This document shows, piece by piece, positions 20,328-29,644 of a DNA stretch of 64,000 nucleotides. The notes under the pieces are model-generated. The model saw only the letters and a program-made list of their open reading frames with translations. It did no database searches and was not told where the DNA came from. The stretch is from Planctomycetota bacterium (GTDB lineage Bacteria; Planctomycetota; UBA1135; UBA2386): positions 5,536,001 through 5,600,000 of the forward strand of contig OZ245006.1 of assembly GCA_965223545.1 (NCBI GenBank). The letters are read 5' to 3'. How positions within the stretch are numbered: the first letter of the stretch is position 1; the number at the start of each line of letters is the position of its first letter. The position numbers were made by a program, and so were the translations under genes.

Positions 20328-22787
20328 TCAGGTCTTGGAATCGGGGGCAAGGGCATTGGCGATGGCACGCAGCAGCTGGATCAGCGCTTTGGCATCGCCA
20401 GGTTCGGGATCGGGCGGGATGAGCTGGGCAAGGACGCTCAGGCGCCACCAATGCAATGGCTGGGGTGTGGTTCCCTCGACCAGAGCGGGAAAACTGTTCT
20501 CGGCCTCTCCAGCCATGGTGAGGGCGACTAGGCGATTCCAGCCGGTCAGGCCGTCGGCGGCACGCGCGGCGAGGGCCTCGCGTTCGCGGCGGTGGTTCGT
20601 GGCGGCTGCTCGCAGAAGGAGGTTGAGGGAGGACAGATGCCTTCGCTGTCCTCCGCCTTGTGGGAACGGTGCTTGCTCGATCGCGGCTTCCGCAGCCTGG
20701 TAATCGCCGAGCTCGATGTGGGACTTGATCAGCTGCTCGTGTCCATTTCGCGTGGAGGGTTCCAGAGCGATCGCTTGCTCCGCCGCGGCCCGGGCGGGGA
20801 CAAACTCACGAGCCAGCAATCGCGCGCCTGCCACGTTGCTCCACAACTGGAAGTCGTAGTCCGCAAGTTTGGCGGCGGCGTCGAAACTCTCCGCGGCCTC
20901 GGTCCACCGGTTCTGGAGCTGCAGAGTGACGCCGCTCAAGTACAAGGCAAGTGCGGAGGGACCGCGAAGGGCATCCTCGAGTTGCACCGCGATGACATGG
21001 GCTGAGCGAGCACGGTCCAGAATCGTCTGTGCATCGCGACCGATCATCGACAACTCGATCTCGATCAAAAGGCGCAGCTCGGTGACACCGGGAAGGTCTT
21101 CGTCGACCCGCCGCAGCAACTCGACTGCCCGTTCACGGTCGCGATCAGGATGTCGGATGTGCATCAGCGCTAGGGCGAGTGCGCCGGCGCCCGTGTTCGG
21201 CTCCGACAGCGCGGTGAGATCGAGGGACGAGGGCTCGGCAGTCGCGTCTCCCACGGCGCACATCGTCGCCAGCGCGTCACACACGATGCTGCCCTCGGCC
21301 TCGGCGACCGCGGCGAAGTCCCGGGCTGCCTCCGCCCGATCGCCTTGGTCGAGCCAGAACATCGCGCGATACAGCCGCGCGGGATGGACGCGCGGCGCCC
21401 ACTCCACATAGTTGTCCAGCGCTGCGCGCATCGCGTCGACCGCTGCGGCCGGCGCGGGCACGCGCTGCCCCGGCAGCCCCTGGAGCAGCGTCGGGCCGAT
21501 GCGAGAGAAGCCGAGATCGAACGCTTTCTGCTGCCGCTCCTGGTGTCGGGCAGACGAGTACGAGCTGATCCCCAAGGCCGTTGCCAGCACGAGTGCCGTA
21601 ACCGCGAGCGTGCGCGCGACGACCGAGCGTCGTCCTCGCCGCCATGCACGCCGCACCGGGCCGATGGGGCGCGCCGTCACGGGGCGAAACTCGAGCCAAG
21701 CGGTGAGATCGTCGGCGAGCGCGGCGGCGGTCGGGTACCGATGTGCGGGGTCCCGCGCGAGGCCCTTGTCGAGAACGGCCAGCAGGTCCCGGGGCAGGCC
21801 GGGACGCAGGCGTTGCGCCGGCGTCGGATCGCGGCGCTGGAGTTGGGCCAGGACCTGGGACGGCGAGCCCTCGTAGGGGCGGCGAAAGGTCAGCAGGTGG
21901 TACAGCGTCGCGCACAAGCCGTAGACATCGGTCGCCGGCGTCGCGGGAGGCCGCGGGTCGAGCTGTTCGGGCGCCATGTAGCTCGGCGTGCCGATCGCTT
22001 GATCGCGGCGCAACAAGGTGACGTCGTCGCCGAGGGTGACGATGCCGAAGTCGATGAGCACCGCCTCGCCGTTCTGGCGCAAGTACACGTTGGATGGCTT
22101 GACGTCCCGGTGGATGATGCCGGCGCGGTGTGCGACGTCGAGACCGCCCGCGATCTGCGCGACCCAGCGGACGGCTTGCCGGACGTAGCTCGGCTCCAGG
22201 GCGGCGGATGCGCCGAGCTGTGCCGCCACCCAGCCAGTGTCGGATGGAGGCGCGGTCGCCGTCTCCGCGAGTTGGTCGGCTGCGCGGAGCAGATCCGCGG
22301 CGCTCAGGCCGTGCAACTGCTCCATCACGATGTAGGGGTTGCCGTCGGCGACGCCGCGGTCGATCACCGAGACGATCGCCGGGTGCTGGACCTTGGCCAG
22401 CACTTCGGCCTCTCGATCGAAGCGCGCGCGCAGCTCGGAGCCGTCGAACAGCTCCGGCCGCAGCAGCTTGATCGCGACGGAGCGCGGCAGCGCGGTGTCC
22501 GCCGCCGCGTAGACGATCCCCATGCCGCCGGCGCCGAGCCGTTCTTGCAGCTCGTAGCGGTTGTCGATCAGCGAGCCGAGGAGCGGATCGAACACCGTTG
22601 CGGCGCGGTGCAGGCCGGCGAGATCGTCGCGGCGCTCGAGCGCGGCCTCGACCCGCTGCACCAGATCCGGTCGGCCGTCACAGAGCGCGTCGAGGTCGAG
22701 CGTTTCGCCCTCCTCCAAGCGGGCCAGAGCGGCGGCCAACGCGGCGACGAAGTCCGGGTCCTCGGCGGGCGCGGTGGGGTCCGTCAT
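20328..22787 (-). CDS. Membrane Ser/Thr protein kinase with TPR-like C-terminal region
   Basis: GAGGMGIVY, VAIK, HRDVKPSN, DFG, GTPSYMAPE; TM TLAVTALVLATALGI; helical repeats after it. Confidence 0.95.
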   Translation of the reverse strand: MTDPTAPAEDPDFVAALAAALARLEEGETLDLDALCDGRPDLVQRVEAALERRDDLAGLHRAATVFDPLLGSLIDNRYELQERLGAGGMGIVYAAADTALPRSVAIKLLRPELFDGSELRARFDREAEVLAKVQHPAIVSVIDRGVADGNPYIVMEQLHGLSAADLLRAADQLAETATAPPSDTGWVAAQLGASAALEPSYVRQAVRWVAQIAGGLDVAHRAGIIHRDVKPSNVYLRQNGEAVLIDFGIVTLGDDVTLLRRDQAIGTPSYMAPEQLDPRPPATPATDVYGLCATLYHLLTFRRPYEGSPSQVLAQLQRRDPTPAQRLRPGLPRDLLAVLDKGLARDPAHRYPTAAALADDLTAWLEFRPVTARPIGPVRRAWRRGRRSVVARTLAVTALVLATALGISSYSSARHQERQQKAFDLGFSRIGPTLLQGLPGQRVPAPAAAVDAMRAALDNYVEWAPRVHPARLYRAMFWLDQGDRAEAARDFAAVAEAEGSIVCDALATMCAVGDATAEPSSLDLTALSEPNTGAGALALALMHIRHPDRDRERAVELLRRVDEDLPGVTELRLLIEIELSMIGRDAQTILDRARSAHVIAVQLEDALRGPSALALYLSGVTLQLQNRWTEAAESFDAAAKLADYDFQLWSNVAGARLLAREFVPARAAAEQAIALEPSTRNGHEQLIKSHIELGDYQAAEAAIEQAPFPQGGGQRRHLSSLNLLLRAAATNHRREREALAARAADGLTGWNRLVALTMAGEAENSFPALVEGTTPQPLHWWRLSVLAQLIPPDPEPGDAKALIQLLRAIANALAPDSKT

Positions 22788-23416
22788 CAGCGGGCGCGTC
22801 CGAGCCGCGCGAGCAGCTTCGCCTGGGCCGCGTGAAACGCCTTGCGCGCCGAGTCGGCCGACGCGTAGCCCAGAGTTGACGACAGCTCCTGAAACGGGGT
22901 GCCGTGCTCGATCCGGTCTCTGAGGAGGGCGCGGTCGCGCTCCGAGAACGAGGCCAGGGCCGCGTGGATGTTGCGCACCTCGTCGAGGGTCATCGCCTGC
23001 CCCGCGGGATCGTCGCCGGCGTCGGGATGGGCTTCGATTCTCCCACTGTTGCGCCCGACCCGGCGCGAGTCGCGGCGGGCGGCCTCGTGAAAGCGGATGG
23101 TGTCGATGATCCGGTTCCGCGTGAGCATGGCGAGGTAGGCCGTGAGCGCGCCGTCGCCCTCGACCCGCACTTGCTCCAAGTCGCGCAGCACGCGGATGAA
23201 CACCTCCTGCACGAGGTCGCTGGTGCTGAACAGAGCTTCCAGCCACGGTCGGGCACGCAGCTCGGCACCCAACGAGCGGTGCACCAAGCCGCGAACGCGC
23301 GGGTACAGCACGGTGCAAGCCTCCTGCAGCGCTTCCTCGGAACCGTTGCGAGCGGCCTCCAACAGGTCGGGGAGATCGGTCAAGGTGTGTGTCGTCGAGA
23401 GGGAATGGCGTTGCAA
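22787..23416 (-). CDS. ECF sigma-70 factor, kinase-associated type
   Basis: [22 protein letters not shown], region 4 FSERDRALL...[21 protein letters not shown] before TTG 23416; TGATG overlap with the kinase. Confidence 0.88.
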   Translation of the reverse strand: MQRHSLSTTHTLTDLPDLLEAARNGSEEALQEACTVLYPRVRGLVHRSLGAELRARPWLEALFSTSDLVQEVFIRVLRDLEQVRVEGDGALTAYLAMLTRNRIIDTIRFHEAARRDSRRVGRNSGRIEAHPDAGDDPAGQAMTLDEVRNIHAALASFSERDRALLRDRIEHGTPFQELSSTLGYASADSARKAFHAAQAKLLARLGRAR

Positions 23417-23629
23417 GCTGCCGGGTCCTTCTTGATCCGTGGGATTGGATGGAGACCGGAGGTCGAATCTTGCCCTTTTTCCTCGGCGCGTCGATTCGGA
23501 CTCCCCCTGGCCAAGTCTCATGTTGATAGGCCGGCTCGGCGTTCCGGTCTCCAACGAAGTTGGCAAACGCGTTCGCCCCGTGCCGTTGACACCGGCTCGG
23601 GATTGGTCACTGCGGCGGGCGGTTCTCGG

Positions 23630-24916
23630 TCAGTAGTCGCGGCGTTGGAACCACCAGACTGCCAGGCCGAGCACGGCCGCAGCGAACAGTCCGGTACTGC
23701 TGAGCGAAAACACCCAGTCGACTTCCGGCATGCTCGTAGACACGCGCGCGCGCGCGGCGTCCGACCTGTGCGAGCGCGCGAGTCCCAGGGTCATGGCGTG
23801 ACCGAAGTCGCCCATCTTGGGCAGCACCCAGTAGGCGCTCTCGACGAGATTGCGCGCCCAGTCGGCGATCTCCACGGCCTTGGGCAGCGGGGCGCGCAGC
23901 AACTCGCGAATGTTGCCGACCGTCGTGGCGACGAACCACAGGGCAAGCGATGCCAGCGTCGCGACGGCGGTCGACCGCGTGACGACGCCGACCAATACCG
24001 TGACCGAGTACAACACGGCAAAGCTGGCCAACACGGCCGGAATGCCGAGCAAGATCCAGGGGTTGGCGTAGCCGGGCCCCAGCGCGAGGGCCAACCAGCA
24101 GCCGCCGATCGCGACCGTCGCGAGCCCGGCGACGAACCAGAGACCACCGACGTACTTGCCGAGCAGCAGCACCGGCCGGCTGATCGGCCGCGCCAGCGCG
24201 AGGTCCAGAGTGCCCTTGTGCAGCATGGAGGGCACGAAGCCGGCGCACGCCGAGATCGCGACCACCATGCCGATGAAGCCGACGAACGCGCCGATCAGAA
24301 CGCCGAGGAGCCCGATCATGAACTCTACGAGAGTCGTGTGCTTCACCGGCAGCTCGACGGCTCCGAACCCCGCGGTGACGATGAATCCACCGGCCACCTC
24401 GTCGGGATAGTCGGTGCGCACCGCGACCTGCCAGATCTTGTCGTCGACCTGCCGCGCGTCGACGTCCTCCCAGCCGTTCTGGGCGAAGCGTTCGATCAAG
24501 AACTGTCGGGCGGTGGGGGCTTCGGTGTTCGCGGGACCGCCGGCCCTCGGCCGGCCAAAGGCGGCCCAGGCAGCTGCCAGGCGGTCCGCGCTGGTTGCGG
24601 CGGGGAATTCGATGGTGACGACGCGGCCGCCGTCGAGCGCCGCGCCGAACTCGCCGGCATCGACGCGGCGCGCCTCGAGGACCTCGACCTTCGTGTCGTT
24701 GCCCTGAGAAACCCGGCTGTGGCCAGAACTCCAGCGGAACGTGGCGAGGTCGCGCGCCTGCGTCTCGAGCACGTCCTCCGCGTGCGCGCCCTCGAGCCGC
24801 AAGCTGGCGCAGAACACGATCGGCACCAGCGACAGTGCCAGCATCACCAGCAGCGACTTGCGGTCGACGGACTCGCGCAGCGAGTCGACGATGATGGCGC
24901 GCAGCTGGCGGATCAT
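23630..24916 (-). CDS. ABC transporter permease
   Basis: Multi-[24 protein letters not shown]; ends FQRRDY. Confidence 0.88.
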   Translation of the reverse strand: MIRQLRAIIVDSLRESVDRKSLLVMLALSLVPIVFCASLRLEGAHAEDVLETQARDLATFRWSSGHSRVSQGNDTKVEVLEARRVDAGEFGAALDGGRVVTIEFPAATSADRLAAAWAAFGRPRAGGPANTEAPTARQFLIERFAQNGWEDVDARQVDDKIWQVAVRTDYPDEVAGGFIVTAGFGAVELPVKHTTLVEFMIGLLGVLIGAFVGFIGMVVAISACAGFVPSMLHKGTLDLALARPISRPVLLLGKYVGGLWFVAGLATVAIGGCWLALALGPGYANPWILLGIPAVLASFAVLYSVTVLVGVVTRSTAVATLASLALWFVATTVGNIRELLRAPLPKAVEIADWARNLVESAYWVLPKMGDFGHAMTLGLARSHRSDAARARVSTSMPEVDWVFSLSSTGLFAAAVLGLAVWWFQRRDY

Positions 24917-25848
24917 CGCTTCGCCTCCGCGGCATCCCCGAGCGTGGCCAAGAAGACCTGCTCCAGCGTCATCCGCTTCGCGACCAAGTGGCGCACGCCG
25001 ACCCCCCGCTGCCGTAAGGCGTCGATCACCGCGTCGATCGCATCGGCGTCGGCCAGCGTCAGCTCGAGGCTGCCGTCCGCTGTGGCGCGCAGCTCGCGAC
25101 ACAGCGCGTCGATTGCAGCGCGCGCATCGGTCGACAGCGGAGCAGCGGTGCGCAGTTCCCAGGTATGTCCGGTGTGCGTGAGCTCGTCGATGGTGCCGGT
25201 CCGCACGACCTTGCCACGATCGAGGATCGCGACGCGGTCACACAGCGTCTCGACCTCGCTGAGCAGATGCGAGTTGAGAAAGATCGTGCGGCCCTCGCCC
25301 TTGAGCTGCGCGAGAAGGTCTCGGATCTCGGCGCGGCCAACGGGGTCGACGCCGTCGGTCGGCTCGTCGAGGAACAGGATCTGCGGGTCGTGCACCAGCG
25401 CCTGCGCCAGGCCCAAGCGCTGCTTCATGCCCTTGGAGAACGTGCGCACCTTCTTGGCCGTCGCGTCCGCCAGGTTGACCCGCTGCAGCAAGTCCACGGT
25501 GCGGCTCCGCAGCGTTCCTCCGCTGACCCCTGAGAGTGCGCCGTAGAACGCGAGCGCCGACGCCGCCGTCTGGTACTCCGGAAACCGGTGATCCTCCGGC
25601 AAGTAGCCGACGCCCCGACGCGCCTCCGTGCGCCGCGACGAAACGCCGTGCAGCAGTGTCTCACCGCGGGTCGGCCGCACGATGTCGAGCAGGATCTTGA
25701 CCAGGGTGGTCTTGCCGGCGCCGTTGGCTCCGAGCAGTCCGAAGATCTCGCCCGGCTCCACCGAGAGGCTGACATCGGCCAGCGCGTGGACGGCGGTCCG
25801 CCCGCGGCTGAACGTCTTGTGCACGTTGTCGACGCGGATCGCGGTCAT
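24913..25848 (-). CDS. ABC transporter ATP-binding protein
   Basis: [27 protein letters not shown]. Confidence 0.95.
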   Translation of the reverse strand: MTAIRVDNVHKTFSRGRTAVHALADVSLSVEPGEIFGLLGANGAGKTTLVKILLDIVRPTRGETLLHGVSSRRTEARRGVGYLPEDHRFPEYQTAASALAFYGALSGVSGGTLRSRTVDLLQRVNLADATAKKVRTFSKGMKQRLGLAQALVHDPQILFLDEPTDGVDPVGRAEIRDLLAQLKGEGRTIFLNSHLLSEVETLCDRVAILDRGKVVRTGTIDELTHTGHTWELRTAAPLSTDARAAIDALCRELRATADGSLELTLADADAIDAVIDALRQRGVGVRHLVAKRMTLEQVFLATLGDAAEAKR

Positions 25849-25906
25849 CGCAGCCAACGGTAGCCGAAGCGGGCCGCGAATCTGTCGGTGCGTCCGTCGC
25901 CTCGAC

Positions 25907-26353
25907 TCAGCCCGCCGCGATCTGCAGCATCTGCTCGAGCATGCGCAGGCCGTTGGTCCAGCCACCTTCGACGATGCTGCACATCTCTTCGCCCGGCAGG
26001 CCGCTGTGGGTGAGTGTGAGCTGGGTGCCGCCGTCGACCGCGGCCAGCTCGACGCGCACCGTGGCCGCCGGGAAGCCGCGGTCCGGCTGTGCGTCGGAGC
26101 GGTAGACGAGCAGGTGCGGTGGATCGACCTCGAGGAATTCACCGGTGGTGCTGACGCTCCATTCACCGGGTTTGGTCATCGTGGTGGCGTAGCGCGCGCC
26201 GGTCTCCGGCTGCCACTGCTCGAGCTCGAGGTCGACCCCGGGGTCGCACTTCATCCACTGCGAGGCGTGCGCCGGATCGGTCCAGGCGCGAAACACTGCC
26301 TCGACGGGTGCGCTGAAGGTGCGCGTGATGGTCACGGACTTCTGTTCGGTCAT
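25907..26353 (-). CDS. SRPBCC / AHSA1-like domain protein
   Basis: ITRTFSAPVEAVFRAWTDP...GEFLEVDPP...GTQLTLTHSG...GGW. Confidence 0.9.
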   Translation of the reverse strand: MTEQKSVTITRTFSAPVEAVFRAWTDPAHASQWMKCDPGVDLELEQWQPETGARYATTMTKPGEWSVSTTGEFLEVDPPHLLVYRSDAQPDRGFPAATVRVELAAVDGGTQLTLTHSGLPGEEMCSIVEGGWTNGLRMLEQMLQIAAG

Positions 26354-26703
26354 CGTTCGGTTTCTCTTCGCTGAGGGGGGTGTACGGAGTCGAGGAAGGC
26401 CGCGAGATCGTCGAGGCGGTTCTCCCAGAACTGCCGCACCTCGTCGACCCAGGCCTGCGCCGTCGACAGTGGTGCGGGGTCGATCTCGCAGTGGTGCACG
26501 CGCCCGTCGACCTGGCGCCGCAGCAGGCCGGCGCGCTCGAGCACCTTCACGTGCTTGGTCACCGCGGCCTTGCTGATCGAGAACGGCGCGCCCAAGTCGC
26601 CGACGGTCGAAGTGCCGCGGGCCAGCCGGGACACCATGGCGCGGCGCGTCGGGTCGGCGAGGGCGCCGAACACCGCATCCAACCGTGCCACATTGTTTAC
26701 CAT
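26350..26703 (-). CDS. ArsR/SmtB-family regulator
   Basis: LDAVFGALADPTRR, VTKHVKVLERAGL, FWENRLDDL; paired with SRPBCC. Confidence 0.92.
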   Translation of the reverse strand: MVNNVARLDAVFGALADPTRRAMVSRLARGTSTVGDLGAPFSISKAAVTKHVKVLERAGLLRRQVDGRVHHCEIDPAPLSTAQAWVDEVRQFWENRLDDLAAFLDSVHPPQRRETER

Positions 26704-26715
26704 TTGGTTTACAAT
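26692..26715. promoter_or_regulatory. Imperfect palindrome over the ArsR start codon, probable autoregulatory operator
   Basis: ATTGTttACCAttTGGTttACAAT, AT-rich dyad spanning the ATG. Confidence 0.65.
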
Positions 26716-26840
26716 AGGGGGAAGCGCGCCGCCTGCAACCCCCGCCGCCCGCCGCGCACTTTGGGTTGCGAGCCTGGCCGGGACCCCTACCGTCGCGCGC
26801 GTCGCACGCGGGCTGAAGCGTGTCCGACGCACTCTCGAGC

Positions 26841-28804
26841 ATGCCCACGCCACGATCCGGAATCCTCGGCGCCGCCGGCGCGCTCACCGCGGTGCTCGGT
26901 GGGTGGCTGGTCTACGGCGCGCTGACCATGACGCTGACCGACCCCGAACGGGCGCCGGAGCAGGCGTCGTGGCAGGTCCTGCGCGGCGCCTTGGGCGTGC
27001 TCGCGCTCGCCCTCGGTGCTGCGTGGTTGCCGGCGATCGGGCCTGCGGTACGGGCGCGCCTGGGCGCGGTGCTGACCGCCGGGGGACGGCTCGGCCCGGC
27101 CGACGGGGCGCGGATCGGCGCGGTTGCGGGCTTTGCGACCGGCGTCCTCGAGGTCGCGCAGATCGGCGTGCAGAAGTACGGCTACGGCGTTCGCGTCAGG
27201 CAGCCCGCCGACGTGCTGTGGATGGCTCCGCTCGGCGATGCCGCGGTGATGGCGATCGTCGGTGCCGTCGTCGGCGCGATCGGGTTGTGGTCGGCGGCTG
27301 TGCGTTTGCCACTCCTCGGCGGTGTGCTCGGCTGGTTGTCCGCTTGGAGTCTGCTCGTCACGCACGGGGCGTTGCACTTCGGCGCCCGCGCGCTGCTGAT
27401 GCTCGGCGCCGCCGTGGCCGGCGCCCGCGTGGCCGCCGCCTGCGATGTCGGGTTGCGCCGGGTCGCCCGGCGTTGCTGGCCGTGGCTGCTCGCGGGCACC
27501 GTTGTGGTCGCGGTCGGCATGGCCGCGCTGCGCTACGCCAGTGAGCGCAGGCAGATCGACGCGCTGCCGGCGGCGCCGGCCGGCGCGACCAACATCCTGC
27601 TCATCGTGCTCGACACGGTGCGCGCCGATCACCTGGGCACGCACGGCTACCATCGCGCGACGTCGCCGTTCTTCGACGAGATCGCGCAGAACGCGGTCGT
27701 GTTCGAGCGCGCGATCGCGACCTCGCCGTGGACCGTGCCGACGCACGTCTCGCTGCTGACGGGCTGCTATCCACACGAGACCAGCGCCAGCTTTGGCGAT
27801 GCACTCGACGGCGAGGTGCCGACGCTGGCCGAGCGGCTGGCGGCGCGCGGCTACGCCACCGGCGGCTTCGTCGGCAACCTGTTCTGCTGCGGGGCCGGCT
27901 GGGGCTTCGCGCGCGGCTTCCACACCTACGACGATTTTCCGGTCTCACTGGCGACGGTCGCGGTCACCGCCGGCGCGGTGCGCGCCGCCTCGACGGCGGC
28001 GATGGGCTCGCGCTTCACCAACTTGCTGCGCAACGACGCGCCGCACGTCATCGATCGCTTCTTGGCATGGCTGCCGCAGCGCGGCGAGCGGCCGTTCTTC
28101 GCCTTCCTCAACCTGTTCGACGCGCATGCGCTGTACCTGCCGCCGCCGGACTACGAGGGCCGGTTCGGCCGCACGTCGACTACCTGCACGACTGGTACCG
28201 GCGCGACGACTGGAGCGCAGCCGAAGTGCGCGGCTTCGTCGACGCGTACGACGCCTGCATCCGATTCATCGACGATGAGCTGCGGCGGTTGTTCAACGAG
28301 CTCGAGCGGCGCGGCCTCTTGGCCGACACCCTGGTGGTGATCACCGGCGATCACGGCGAGCAGTTCGGCGAGCACGGTTTGTTCGACCACGGCAACAGCC
28401 TCTACCAACCGCTGTTGCACGAGCCTCTCGTGTTCTCGTTTCCGGGTCGGCTAGCGGGCCGGCGCATCGCGCGGCGCGTGTCCTTGCGCGACGTGGCGCG
28501 CACCATGCTCGACCTCAGCGGCAACGCCGAGGTCGCGCTGCCCGGCGTCGCCCTGCTCGACGCGAATGGCGCCGACACCGGTCGGGGGTCCAACGTGCTG
28601 GCGCAGCTGTTGGGGTCGGGCTGCATCTACCGCGACCAGTGGCACTTCATCCTCAACAGCGACGGCCGCCGCGAGCTGTACGACCGCGACCTCGATCCCG
28701 ACGAGCTCGACGACCTCGCGGCCACCGAGCGGGGCGCGCCGGTCGCAGACCGGCTGCAGCGGCTGCTGATCGACACCATGCGCGGCGTCGCGCAACCGCG
28801 CTGA
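26841..28804 (+). CDS. Membrane-anchored sulfatase-like hydrolase/transferase; one frameshift near 28168
   Basis: Several N-terminal TMs, NILLIVLDTVRADH, SPWTVPTHVSLLTG, FDAH; second frame has YDACIRFID, TGDHGEQFGEHG, HGNSLY. Confidence 0.8.
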
Positions 28805-28819
28805 GGCGCGACGGCGAGG

Positions 28820-29440
28820 TCAGAAGCTGAGGCCGATGCCGAGCGTGTACAGGAACTGTCCGTTGTCGAAGGTGTTGCCGATGCGCTTGTCGGAGTCGAA
28901 GAAGAACTGGTACTCCGCCATCAGCTGGAAGAACGCGTCGTCCTTGACGTACCACTTGACCCCCGCCTCGGGTGCGCCGGCAAACGTCTCCTTGATGCTG
29001 TCGCCGTAGATGTAGCCGAGGTTGGCACCGACGAACGGGACCACCGCGCTGTCGTTGAAGAAGTGGTAGTCGACCGCCACCCGGGTCGAGCCGTTCCACA
29101 CGTCCGGGAAGCCGCTGCCGGCGTCCGAGAATTGGATGTTCTGACGGCCGACGACCTGCAGCTCGTCGGAGACGAACAGGCCGGCGCTGCCGACCAGCTG
29201 CGCGAGGCCCGCGTCGAAGTCCTCGTCGTTGCCGCCAGCGGCGTTGAGGGTGACCTCCCACGTGCCTTCGCGACGAGTGGTGTTGGCCGACTGCTGCGGA
29301 GCCGGCGCCGCGTCCGCGGTGTAGGGGGTCGGGGTACCGATGGGCGCAGATGGGGCGACGATCGGGCGATGGGTCTGGCAGGCACCGGCAATCAGTGGCA
29401 GCGCCACCATGCCGACCAGGTGAGTTGAGAGCCGTGGCAT
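28820..29440 (-). CDS. Outer-membrane beta-barrel protein (OmpA/OmpW-like size)
   Basis: Alternating strands (VAVDYHF, VPFVGANLGY, EAGVKWYV), C-terminal YTLGIGLSF, lipobox-like IAGAC. Confidence 0.8.
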   Translation of the reverse strand: MPRLSTHLVGMVALPLIAGACQTHRPIVAPSAPIGTPTPYTADAAPAPQQSANTTRREGTWEVTLNAAGGNDEDFDAGLAQLVGSAGLFVSDELQVVGRQNIQFSDAGSGFPDVWNGSTRVAVDYHFFNDSAVVPFVGANLGYIYGDSIKETFAGAPEAGVKWYVKDDAFFQLMAEYQFFFDSDKRIGNTFDNGQFLYTLGIGLSF

Positions 29441-29644
29441 TGGATCGATTGGGTTACGGGTTTCGAGGGAGCCGCGATCGCCCCAAGGTAGGTGGCTGCC
29501 TGGGGCCGAGGCCGTCGGCAAGAGTCCCGAGATCGAGCGGTCAATACCCACCACGGACGGGGCGGTTCGGGGACATTGACCGGGCCTGCGCCGCGCGCTT
29601 GCCGCTACCGTGGCGACCGCGAACGGGTGCCCTGCCCGTGCCCG

